Of a stretch of 64,000 nt of DNA, positions 38,075 to 46,567 are shown piece after piece (position 1 is the first letter of the stretch; each line of letters opens with the position of its first letter). The translations under genes and the position numbers were made by a program. The notes beneath the pieces are model-generated. The model was not told the origin of the DNA and ran no database searches. It was given only the letters and a program-made list of their open reading frames with translations. Source of the DNA: Verrucomicrobiia bacterium (GTDB taxonomy: Bacteria; Acidobacteriota; Terriglobia; Terriglobales; Acidobacteriaceae); assembly GCA_035523795.1 (NCBI GenBank), contig DATKQB010000113.1, forward strand, positions 999 to 64,998. Direction: 5' to 3'.

Positions 38075-39682
38075 GTGGCATACATCCTTCAGCAACTTCT
38101 CACGCGCAGTGCGGCGAAGTATCCGGAAAAGACAGCAGTTTGGGCCCGAAAGCGCAGTCTGACGTATCGCGAGCTGGATCAGCGATCGACGCAGCTGGCG
38201 CATCTTCTGCGGCGGCGTGGATTGAAGAAGGGCGACCGCGTTGGACTGTTTTCTCCTAAGTGCGTGGAGTCGCTGGTATGCATGTTTGGGGTGCTGAAGG
38301 CGGGTGGCGTGTATGTGCCGCTCGATCCGCAGGCTCCAGCCGATCGCATCGGATACATCATCGCGAATTGCGGCATTCGGGTGCTGCTCACTAATAAGGA
38401 GCGGCGCTCGGCGCTGGCTGCGGAGACAATTGCGTCGCTCGATTATTGCGTGATGACCGATGATTCCGGCTCGAACGGCTCGGGCAATAAGATCGTGCCG
38501 TGGACGATGCTGGGCGAATTTCCGGGGGATTGCGCACCGGAAGTGGTGATGACCGAGACCGACCTGGCCTACATCCTGTACACATCGGGTTCAACCGGGC
38601 GGCCGAAGGGCGTGATGCTGTCGCATCAGAATGCGCTGACCTTCGTGGAATGGTGCGCAGAGAAGTTCCAAGTCACGAGCGAAGACCGGTTATCGAATCA
38701 CGCGCCGCTGCACTTCGATCTTTCGGTTTTCGATGTGTACAACGCAATGGAAGCGGGCGCGACGGTTTATCTTGTCACGGAAGATCTGGCGCTGTTTCCC
38801 ACGACGCTGGCCAGCTTTATTGAGACGCAGAAGATCACGATCTGGTACTCGGTTCCGTCGGCGCTGATGCTGCTTCTGCTGCACGCGAAGATGGAGGCGG
38901 AGAAGCTGCCGCATCTGCGGACGATTTTGTTCGCCGGGGAAGTATTCCCGATGAAATATCTGCGTCAGCTGGCCGATTTGCTTCCGAACACCGAACTCTA
39001 CAACCTCTACGGACCAACCGAGACCAACGTCTGCACGTACTATCGCGTCGAGCGCGAGCGGTTGGCGGGAATGGACAAGCTGCCGATCGGCATCGCGTGC
39101 GAGAACACGGAAGTATTCGCAGTCAATGATCAGGATCAGGTTGTGACCAAGCCAGGCGAAAGCGGCGAGTTGTATGTCCGCGGACCGGCGGTGACTTATG
39201 GATATTGGGCGGACGTGGAAAAAACGAGAAAGATGGTCGTGCCCAACCGATTCCAGCCAAACTTCAACGAGAACATGTACCGCACCGGCGATTTGGTGAC
39301 ACTGGCCGAGGACGGCAATTACTACTTCCAGGGCCGCCGCGATAGCCAGATCAAGAGCCGCGGGTACCGCATTGAGTTGGGAGAGATCGAGAGCGCGCTG
39401 CTGAGCCATGCGGGCGTGCGCGAGGCCGCCGCGGTGGCGATCCCGGACGATCTGATTGGCAACCGCATCAAGGCAATTGTCGCGCCGCACGCAGGCGAGG
39501 AGTTGCGCATTGCAGATTTGCAGCAGTTCTGCTCCACGCGCATTCCGAAATACATGATTCCCGAGCAGATCGAGTTCATGGAGATTCTGCCCAAGACTTC
39601 GACGGGCAAGATCGATCGCGTGCGCCTGGCCCAGGCAAGTATTGAGGCGGCGAAGCAGGTGGCGGAAGTCGTCCGAAATTGA
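38075..39682 (+). CDS. stand-alone adenylation enzyme (DltA / aminoacyl-AMP ligase-like)
   Basis: A3 LAYILYTSGSTGRPKGV, A4 HFDLSVFD, A5 NLYGPTE, A7 YRTGD, A8 GRRDSQIKSRGYRIELGEIE, A10 PKTSTGKIDR. No C or T domain. Confidence 0.9.
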   Translation: MAYILQQLLTRSAAKYPEKTAVWARKRSLTYRELDQRSTQLAHLLRRRGLKKGDRVGLFSPKCVESLVCMFGVLKAGGVYVPLDPQAPADRIGYIIANCGIRVLLTNKERRSALAAETIASLDYCVMTDDSGSNGSGNKIVPWTMLGEFPGDCAPEVVMTETDLAYILYTSGSTGRPKGVMLSHQNALTFVEWCAEKFQVTSEDRLSNHAPLHFDLSVFDVYNAMEAGATVYLVTEDLALFPTTLASFIETQKITIWYSVPSALMLLLLHAKMEAEKLPHLRTILFAGEVFPMKYLRQLADLLPNTELYNLYGPTETNVCTYYRVERERLAGMDKLPIGIACENTEVFAVNDQDQVVTKPGESGELYVRGPAVTYGYWADVEKTRKMVVPNRFQPNFNENMYRTGDLVTLAEDGNYYFQGRRDSQIKSRGYRIELGEIESALLSHAGVREAAAVAIPDDLIGNRIKAIVAPHAGEELRIADLQQFCSTRIPKYMIPEQIEFMEILPKTSTGKIDRVRLAQASIEAAKQVAEVVRN

Positions 39683-39783
39683 AGCGCAGGATCTTGCAAG
39701 AAACAGACGATGAAGGCGAGCGGCCGCGCGCTTTAGAGAAGAAGCAAAGAAAGATCCCATTCCAACAGGAGAACTAAAATTTC

Positions 39784-40047
39784 ATGGCAACGGAGACGGC
39801 ATCGGTAAAAGATCAGATTCGCGAATTCATTCTGCGCGACCTCGCCAGCGCAAAGGGCGTCAGTTCGTTTACTGACAGCGAATCGCTGATGGAAAGCGGC
39901 GTGATTGATTCCCTCGGAATTTTTCGCCTGGTGGCGTTCCTGGAAGAAACGTTTCGCGTGCGCATTGGAGATGAAGAGATCACCCACGACAACCTCAAGA
40001 GCGTGGACTCCATTGAGCAGATGGTGAGCAACAAACTCAAGAAGTAA
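39784..40047 (+). CDS. acyl/peptidyl carrier protein
   Basis: 87 aa with the GVIDSLGIFRLVAFLEE phosphopantetheine Ser motif. Confidence 0.9.
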   Translation: MATETASVKDQIREFILRDLASAKGVSSFTDSESLMESGVIDSLGIFRLVAFLEETFRVRIGDEEITHDNLKSVDSIEQMVSNKLKK

Positions 40048-40129
40048 TCTCGCTTCCCCAGCCGGGCGCTGCCCCCACCGCCCTGATTCTCCATGTTCGA
40101 CCTAAGTAGGTAATTTGGAGGGACTCCCA

Positions 40130-41566
40130 GTGGGTACGATTCGGCGTCAAGTACTGCTGAATTTGTTGAAGGTGTTTGACCTGGTACTGATGGTGTTTGC
40201 TTTTGGTCTGGCCACGGTCGTTGTGTCGCATGCTTCGATGGCGTCGCTGAGAGATGTTCTGGCGATGCGGATCAAAGTTGCGAACTTCCTGATATTTTCC
40301 GGGCTGCTGTTCAGCTGGCATCTGATTTTTTCGATGTGCGGCATGTATGCCTCGCACCGGTTATCGAGCCGTCGGGATGAAATTCTGGATCTGGCGAAGG
40401 CCATCTCCCTCGGGACAATACTCATTTATCTCGGCCACCGTCTCTTTCATATTTCACTGGTCAAGCCGGAGTTTATTGCGGCGTTTTGGGCAGCGGCTAT
40501 TCTTGCCGGAAGCTTCAGCCGCCTTGGTCTGCGCGTGTTTTTGGCGCAGGTTCGAATTCACGGGCGCAACCTTCGCAATATGCTGATTGTGGGCACGAAT
40601 GCCCGTGGGCTGCAGTTCGCAAAGAAGATGAAAGAGAGTCCGGCGCTGGGCTACCGCGTGCTCGGTTTTGTCGACTACGACCGGCCGCATGCCGCCGATG
40701 TGTCAGGCTCAGGGTTCGAGCGGGTTGTGGACTTCGCGGGGTTACCAGCCTATCTGCGCAAGAGCGTCGTCGATGAAGTGGTGATCGCGCTGCCGATGCG
40801 CTCGATGCACGCCGAAGCCACAGAAATCGCGGAGTTGTGCGAACAGCATGGAATCTTAATTCGCTTTGCATCGACGCTGTTCGATCTGAAGCTGGCGCGC
40901 AAGCGCGTGGAAGAGATCGAGGGTGACTCGCTGATCACGCATTACACGGGCAGCCTGGAGGGTTGGCCGGTAGTGGTCAAGCGCATCATCGATATCGTTG
41001 CTTCGGCGATCATGTTGGTTTTCCTGTCGCCGATTTTGCTGATTGCAGCCTTGCTCATCAAGCTGACTTCACCGGGACCGGTGATGTTTGTGCAACAGCG
41101 GCTGGGACTGGGAAAGCGGCATTTCGGAATTTACAAATTCCGCACCATGGTGATTGATGCGGAGAAGCGGATGAAGGAGATCGAACACCTGAATGAAGTC
41201 AGCGGCCCAGTATTCAAGATCAAGAACGATCCGCGCATCACACCGGTGGGCAAGTTTCTACGCAAAACCAGCATCGACGAACTGCCACAATTGCTGAATG
41301 TTCTGAAGGGCGATATGAGCCTGGTCGGCCCGCGGCCCTTGCCGATTCGCGACTATGAAGGATTCAGCGAGGATTGGCAGCGGCGGCGGTTCAGTGTAAA
41401 GCCGGGAATCACTTGCTTGTGGCAGATCGGCGGGCGCAGCGGGATTTCATTCGAGAAGTGGATGGAGTTGGATCTGCAGTACATCGATAAGTGGTCGTTG
41501 TGGCTCGATCTGGAAATTCTGCTGAAAACGATTCCGGCCGTGTTGAGGGGATCGGGAGCGGCCTAA
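40130..41566 (+). CDS. polyprenyl-phosphate glycosyl-1-phosphate transferase (WcaJ/WbaP-type priming sugar transferase)
   Basis: N-terminal TM helices, a central Rossmann-like domain and a C-terminal bacterial sugar transferase domain ([21 protein letters not shown]...[42 protein letters not shown]). GTG 40130 follows GGAGGGA; the track start is TTG 40115. Confidence 0.9.
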   Translation: MGTIRRQVLLNLLKVFDLVLMVFAFGLATVVVSHASMASLRDVLAMRIKVANFLIFSGLLFSWHLIFSMCGMYASHRLSSRRDEILDLAKAISLGTILIYLGHRLFHISLVKPEFIAAFWAAAILAGSFSRLGLRVFLAQVRIHGRNLRNMLIVGTNARGLQFAKKMKESPALGYRVLGFVDYDRPHAADVSGSGFERVVDFAGLPAYLRKSVVDEVVIALPMRSMHAEATEIAELCEQHGILIRFASTLFDLKLARKRVEEIEGDSLITHYTGSLEGWPVVVKRIIDIVASAIMLVFLSPILLIAALLIKLTSPGPVMFVQQRLGLGKRHFGIYKFRTMVIDAEKRMKEIEHLNEVSGPVFKIKNDPRITPVGKFLRKTSIDELPQLLNVLKGDMSLVGPRPLPIRDYEGFSEDWQRRRFSVKPGITCLWQIGGRSGISFEKWMELDLQYIDKWSLWLDLEILLKTIPAVLRGSGAA

Positions 41567-41574
41567 AATCAGTC

Positions 41575-41602
41575 GCCAGTTGCCAGTGCCCAGTTGCCAG
41601 TA
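41575..41602 (+). repeat. 4 x tandem heptamer (G/C)CCAGTN
   Basis: gccagtt gccagtg cccagtt gccagta, immediately after the sugar-transferase stop. Confidence 0.85.
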
Positions 41603-41652
41603 AAAAGCAGAATTTATTTGCACTCAGAGTTTCGATTCCAAGGAGAAATGAA

Positions 41653-41832
41653 ATGGGTTTCATGAAGACTACGGTTCGTAATGTGCAGACTGCCGGCCAG
41701 CTGTTCGGCTTTTTCGGAAAGCAGAAGCGGTGGTGGATTCTGCCGATTATCGTAACCCTGTTCCTTTTGGGAGCACTCATCGTGGTGGCGCAGAGTTCTT
41801 CGCTGGCGCCGTTCATTTATACGATGTTCTAA
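41653..41832 (+). CDS. DUF5989 / SxtK-like small membrane protein
   Basis: 59 aa: MGFMKTTVRNVQTAGQLFGFFGKQKRWWILPIIVTLFLLGALIVVAQSSSLAPFIYTMF. AGGAG RBS. The C-terminal APFIYT(L/M)F is typical of the family. The upstream part of track ORF 41491 overlaps the previous gene. Confidence 0.7.
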   Translation: MGFMKTTVRNVQTAGQLFGFFGKQKRWWILPIIVTLFLLGALIVVAQSSSLAPFIYTMF

Positions 41833-41871
41833 AGCTCAGCGGCTGAAGCCGTCCGGAAGTTGCGGGATTGT

Positions 41872-41898
41872 GCGGCACGACTAAAGTCGTGCCCTTCC
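41872..41898. repeat. small hairpin repeat, family C (second copy)
   Basis: gcggcacgactaaagtcgtgcccttcc. The stem ggcacga/tcgtgcc matches the element at 3727-3753 with covarying positions. Confidence 0.55.
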
Positions 41899-41933
41899 CC
41901 TTCATAACAAGCAAAAAAGGGAAACGGGGTTTC

Positions 41934-43001
41934 ATGGGAACGGAAGTAAAGAAAAAGGGTTGGTTCTGGCGGGGTTTTGCATGGTTCATTGCCATCTGCA
42001 TCGGGTTCGAACTGGTGCTCCGCCTGTTTGGGTTCGGCAATTACACCATCTATCGCCCGGACGAAAAGCTGTTGTGGGTTCCGGTGCCGGGACGCACGGT
42101 AACGGTTGACAATCATCAACCGATCACGATCAATCACCAGGGGCTGCGCTATGCCAGCGATTTGACCACGAAGTCGAAAGGCGAGTTTCGCGTGATGGCC
42201 TTTGGCGATTCGGCGACCCAGGGTTGGGGCGTGGACGACAAATCAACGTACGCGGCGTTTCTGGGGGACATGCTGAATGCGAGCAGTTGCCCCGGCGAAC
42301 ATTTTTTGTCGGTGTCGGCCGGAGTGAATGCCTATCCTAATGCGCTGGTGGGCGAGAAGCTGAAGGAAGTGGAAGAGGATCCGACGTTCCAGCCGGACAT
42401 CGTGATTCGCGCCTACAGCTTCAATTCGAACTTTGAGCGCTTGCCAAAGCTGCAAGGTGCGGCGCGCGAGAAATTTCTGCGGCAGGTGGAATTCAAATCG
42501 ATCATCCGGCGCAGCGCGATTTACAACTTCGTGATTGAAGACCTGCTGCGACGCGCGGTTTACTACCGCATGCGGCACATGTTGATGGCGGGTACGCTCG
42601 ACACGGTCGGCGGCATGGATAATCTCGATGTCAACGCCGTGACCGAAAGCCTGCAGCAGAGCCTGGATGAGACTCGTGCGCACAATGCACAGCTGGTTTT
42701 GCTCGTTCTCGCCAGCAAAGATCAGAAGGCGAACGACCTGCATCCGTTTCAGAAGGCGATGCTGGATTTCGCGGCTGCGAACCACGTTCCAGTCGTGAAC
42801 ATGGTGGATGTGCTGAATGGCAATGCGCCGGCCAATTTCTACATGGATCCAGTGCACCCCACGGCATCTGGGCACAAGATCATCGCGCAGCAGCTCTACA
42901 ACTTGATCCGCACTCTCCCAGTCTATGAAGCCGCATGCCAGCAGTCAGCGGTGAACGTAGCAAATTCCGCCGTAACTCCCTCCAGCGCGGCGGCACATTA
43001 A
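41934..43001 (+). CDS. SGNH/GDSL hydrolase family protein (membrane-anchored)
   Basis: Block I is VMAFGDSATQGWG and block V is DPVHPTASGH. N-terminal TM (WFWRGFAWFIAICIGFELVL). ATG 41934 is preferred because the track start lies inside the hairpin repeat. Confidence 0.8.
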   Translation: MGTEVKKKGWFWRGFAWFIAICIGFELVLRLFGFGNYTIYRPDEKLLWVPVPGRTVTVDNHQPITINHQGLRYASDLTTKSKGEFRVMAFGDSATQGWGVDDKSTYAAFLGDMLNASSCPGEHFLSVSAGVNAYPNALVGEKLKEVEEDPTFQPDIVIRAYSFNSNFERLPKLQGAAREKFLRQVEFKSIIRRSAIYNFVIEDLLRRAVYYRMRHMLMAGTLDTVGGMDNLDVNAVTESLQQSLDETRAHNAQLVLLVLASKDQKANDLHPFQKAMLDFAAANHVPVVNMVDVLNGNAPANFYMDPVHPTASGHKIIAQQLYNLIRTLPVYEAACQQSAVNVANSAVTPSSAAAH

Positions 43002-43028
43002 TCCCAAGCAACAGGAGTCAGGCAGGCC

Positions 43029-43367
43029 ATGGTACATCTCATTCATTTCTTGAAACATGTCGCGGAATTGCTGGCGATTTTGGCCGGCGCGGGACTCGTG
43101 ATTTTTCTCGTCCTGTCAGTATTCATGGGACCGAGCGCGGCATGGAATCTCTACAAGCGCGCGTGGCAAGCATGGAAGGATCTGGCGCACAAGATCGGCA
43201 ACTTCCAGGCGCGTGTCATTCTATCGATCTTTTACGGAATTCTGGTGCTGCCGTTCGGGCTGGCAGCACGATGGTTCAGCGACCCCCTGCGGATCAAGAA
43301 GCGTCCCGAACAGTGGCTGGACCATCCCAACGAAGCCTACGATTTGGAGTGGGCGAGAAAGCAATAG
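43029..43367 (+). CDS. SxtJ-like small membrane protein
   Basis: 112 aa with two hydrophobic segments. KIGNFQARVILSIFYGILVLPFGLAARWFSDPL resembles SxtJ family proteins that accompany NodU/CmcH carbamoyltransferases. Confidence 0.6.
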   Translation: MVHLIHFLKHVAELLAILAGAGLVIFLVLSVFMGPSAAWNLYKRAWQAWKDLAHKIGNFQARVILSIFYGILVLPFGLAARWFSDPLRIKKRPEQWLDHPNEAYDLEWARKQ

Positions 43368-43373
43368 GAGCTT

Positions 43374-45152
43374 ATGTACATACTCGGAATCAGTTGTTAC
43401 TACCACGATGCCGCAGCCGTTCTGCTGGATGACGGCGTGTTGGTGGCGGCGGCGGAAGAAGAGCGCTTCACGCGCAAGAAGCACGACTTCGACTTCCCGA
43501 AGAATGCGATCAAGTTCTGCCTGGAGCAGGCGGGAATCACGGGGCATGATCTCGATTACGTAGTCTTCTTCGAGAAGCCCTTCCGCAAACTCGACCGCAT
43601 CCTGATGATGACACTGCAGACCTATCCGAAATCTTACAAGGTGTTTCGCGAGTCGATGATTACCTGGATGGTCGACAAGCTCTGGGTCGCCTCGAAGATT
43701 GAGAGCGAAGTTGGCGTCGACTACAACAAGATTCTGTTCAGCGAGCATCATCTTTCGCATGCTGCCAGTGCCTATTTCTGCTCGCCGTTCGAGGAGTCGG
43801 CAATTTTGACTGTGGACGGCGTCGGTGAATGGGTAACGTCGACCTATGGCGTGGGCAAGGGAAATGAAATTAAGATTCAGAAGCAGTTGGAATTCCCGCA
43901 CTCGCTCGGCTTGCTTTATTCGGCATTCACCGCGTTTCTCGGCTTCGAGGTGAATGAAGGCGAGTACAAGGTGATGGGCATGGCGCCCTATGGCGAGCCC
44001 AAGTACGTGGACAAGGTATGGAAGGTGATTCAGCAGAATCGTGACGGCTCGTTCTCGCTCGACATGAGTTATTTCAGCTTCCATCACTCAACCGAGCGGA
44101 CTTACAACGAGAAGTTTGCGGCTCTTTTCGGCGAGCCTCGGCCGGAGAAGATGCTGTTCTTCACGGAAGAGACGGGCTTTCCCAAATATTTTGGGGCACC
44201 TCCGTCGAACATGGCCGAGCTATCGAAGTTGAACAAGCACTATGCCGACATCGCCGCCAGCATTCAGAAGGTAACCGAAGACGTGCTGGTAGGTATGGCA
44301 AAGCATTTGCGGCAGACAACTGGCATGAAGAATTTGTGCATGGCGGGCGGCGTCGCGCTCAATTGCGTGGCCAACACGCGCATCCTGCACGAAGCTGGTT
44401 TTGAGAAGATGTATGTACAACCGGCTGCGGGCGATGGCGGCGGTGCTTTGGGTGCAGCATTGTGGGCATATAACACTCTGCTAGGGAAACCACGCACGTT
44501 CCATATGGAGCATGCCTATTGGGGGCGCGCGAACTCGGACTCCGAAATTGGAGACTTCCTCAAGGCGAACGGCATCAAGCACACTCGCTACGACGACGAG
44601 GACAAACTGCTCGATGCCGTGGTGAATCGATTGACTCAGGAGAATGTGATTGGATGGGCGCAAGGCCGATTCGAGTGGGGGCCGCGCGCGCTGGGAAGCC
44701 GCTCGATTCTGGCCGATCCGCGCAATCCAAACATGAAGGACATCGTCAACACGAAGATCAAATTCCGCGAGCCATATCGTCCGTTTGCGCCGTCGGTGCT
44801 GGCGCAGGCTGCGGAGAAATACTTTGATCTGCCCGATGCAGCCAAACATGATCCCGCGCGCTACATGCTCTACGTGGTTCCGGTGAAGCCGGAGGCGCAT
44901 GCGACCTTGCCTGCAATTACGCACGTGGATGGCACGGGCCGCTTGCAGACAGTGTTCAAAGAGCAGAGCCCACGGTATTACAAGATGATCGAGAAGTTCG
45001 GGCAGGCGACTGGCGTGCCGGTGGTGATGAACACGTCTTTCAATTTGAAGGGCGAGCCGATCGTCAACACTCCGGCCAACGCTCACAACACGTTCATCAA
45101 GAGCGAAATGGACGCGCTGGTGCTGGAGAACTTCATCATCGAGAAGAACTGA
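43374..45152 (+). CDS. carbamoyltransferase (NodU/CmcH/SxtI family)
   Basis: MYILGISCYYHDAAAVLLDDGVLVAAAEEERFTRKKHD, a Kae1/YrdC-like architecture, and C-terminal NTSFNLKGEPIV. AGGAG RBS. Confidence 0.93.
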   Translation: MYILGISCYYHDAAAVLLDDGVLVAAAEEERFTRKKHDFDFPKNAIKFCLEQAGITGHDLDYVVFFEKPFRKLDRILMMTLQTYPKSYKVFRESMITWMVDKLWVASKIESEVGVDYNKILFSEHHLSHAASAYFCSPFEESAILTVDGVGEWVTSTYGVGKGNEIKIQKQLEFPHSLGLLYSAFTAFLGFEVNEGEYKVMGMAPYGEPKYVDKVWKVIQQNRDGSFSLDMSYFSFHHSTERTYNEKFAALFGEPRPEKMLFFTEETGFPKYFGAPPSNMAELSKLNKHYADIAASIQKVTEDVLVGMAKHLRQTTGMKNLCMAGGVALNCVANTRILHEAGFEKMYVQPAAGDGGGALGAALWAYNTLLGKPRTFHMEHAYWGRANSDSEIGDFLKANGIKHTRYDDEDKLLDAVVNRLTQENVIGWAQGRFEWGPRALGSRSILADPRNPNMKDIVNTKIKFREPYRPFAPSVLAQAAEKYFDLPDAAKHDPARYMLYVVPVKPEAHATLPAITHVDGTGRLQTVFKEQSPRYYKMIEKFGQATGVPVVMNTSFNLKGEPIVNTPANAHNTFIKSEMDALVLENFIIEKN

Positions 45153-45200
45153 CGTACTCACCGCTCGGGTGCTGTAATGAAGGATGCGAGCCGGGCGCGC

Positions 45201-45287
45201 TTTTGTTGCGTCGCAAACAGCGCGACGCATCGCGCGGCTCGTCCAGATCCTTCGGCGAGCAAAAAGCTCTCGCCTCAGGATGACAAA
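45201..45287 (+). repeat. two-hairpin intergenic repeat, family B, copy 2
   Basis: See 36667-36754. Hairpins are tgcgtcgc/gcgacgca and ggcgag/ctcgcc here, versus cattcgcg/cgcgtgaatg and cagcg/cgctg in copy 1. Confidence 0.7.
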
Positions 45288-45319
45288 CGCGATCGTCTAA
45301 AGCTCCTCCACTCTCCAAC

Positions 45320-46567
45320 ATGGTTACAGCGATTGCACCGGCTGCCGTGAAGGTGGCGAGTCTCAGCGTGTTGTGCGTGCACAACCGCTACATCCAGCCA
45401 GGCGGCGAAGACCAGGTCTTTGAGTCGGAGTCGCGGCTGCTGGCAGAGAACGGCGTTCGGGTGCATAAGGTTGAAGAGCAGACCACGTATCCGAGCGGCT
45501 TGGTGCGGAAAATCGGAGCGGCGGTCGATTGCGTCTGGTCGCGCAGCTGGCATCAGAAGTTCAAAACGATTTTGCGCGATGTCCAGCCGGATGTAGTTCA
45601 CATCCACAACTTTTTCTCGGTGATCTCGCCTTCGATTTATTACGCGTGCAGGGAAGAAGGCGTGCCGGTGGTGCAGACGCTGCATAATTACCGGCTGGCG
45701 TGTCCGGCGGCGAGCTTCTATCGCGACGGAAAGATTTGCGAAGAGTGCATTGATCGCGGTCCATTTCACGCGGTGGGATATGGCTGCTATCGCGAATCGA
45801 AGCTGGCGACCGCGGCCTTGGCGGCGATGCTTGAATTTCATCGCACGCGGGAAACCTGGTCCGAGATGGTGGACTGCTACGTGGCGCTCACGGAATTTGC
45901 GCGGCAGAAAATGATACAAGGCGGCCTGCCGGCAGAGAAAATTGTGGTCAAGCCGAATTTTGTTCTTCCCGATCCCGGGCCACGGGCCTTCGACGGCGAA
46001 TATGCGTTGTTCGTCGGACGGCTGGTTGATTTGAAGGGAATCGGCACGCTGATCAAGGCGTGGTCTAAGCTTTCAGCACCGATTCCGCTGGTGATTGCCG
46101 GGGATGGACCATTCCGTCCGGAGATGGAGAAGCTGATCGCCGATCTGAAGCTATCGAATATCGATTATCGCGGACGCCTTTCGCGACAGGATACTTTGGC
46201 CGCGATGAGAGGCGCCCGCTTTTTGATATTTCCCAGCGAATGGTACGAAGGATTTCCGGTAACGATCGCGGAATCCTTCGCGTGTGGCGTTCCCGTGCTC
46301 TGCTCGCGGCTGGGCGGAATGCAGGAGATTGTGGAAGACGGCCGCACGGGTCTGCACTTCAATCCCGGCGATGTCGCGGACATTGCGGAGAAAGTTCAAT
46401 GGGCATGGCTAAATGAAAAGGAAACCCGCGCGATGGGAATGGCTGCACGCGCCGAATTTGAGTTGAAGTACAGCGCCGACAGAAATTTTGGGATGCTCAC
46501 TGAAATCTACGAGAACGTCATTGCTCGTACGAAAGGAGTCCGGGTTTCCCATGTCCACTCGTCTTGA
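45320..46567 (+). CDS. glycosyltransferase family 4 (GT-B, retaining)
   Basis: VLCVHNRYIQPGGED N-terminal domain and the E-x7-E motif region FPSEWYEGFPVTIAESFACGVPV. Confidence 0.9.
   Translation: MVTAIAPAAVKVASLSVLCVHNRYIQPGGEDQVFESESRLLAENGVRVHKVEEQTTYPSGLVRKIGAAVDCVWSRSWHQKFKTILRDVQPDVVHIHNFFSVISPSIYYACREEGVPVVQTLHNYRLACPAASFYRDGKICEECIDRGPFHAVGYGCYRESKLATAALAAMLEFHRTRETWSEMVDCYVALTEFARQKMIQGGLPAEKIVVKPNFVLPDPGPRAFDGEYALFVGRLVDLKGIGTLIKAWSKLSAPIPLVIAGDGPFRPEMEKLIADLKLSNIDYRGRLSRQDTLAAMRGARFLIFPSEWYEGFPVTIAESFACGVPVLCSRLGGMQEIVEDGRTGLHFNPGDVADIAEKVQWAWLNEKETRAMGMAARAEFELKYSADRNFGMLTEIYENVIARTKGVRVSHVHSS

Noticed and set aside
38690-39760. 356-aa minus-strand ORF. Similar long antisense ORFs occur at 32904-33695, 33813-34523, 35904-36722, 43221-44087, 44481-45230, 45275-45919, 48419-49066 and 51516-52166.
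   Set aside because: Each lies fully antisense to a plus-strand gene that has strong diagnostic motifs (adenylation, ATPase, acetyltransferase, carbamoyltransferase, NRPS). None has recognisable domains.
41575-41602. Checked whether the short tandem repeats could be a CRISPR array
   Set aside because: The units are 7 nt with no spacers, and there are no cas genes. No CRISPR-like repeat-spacer structure exists anywhere in the window.
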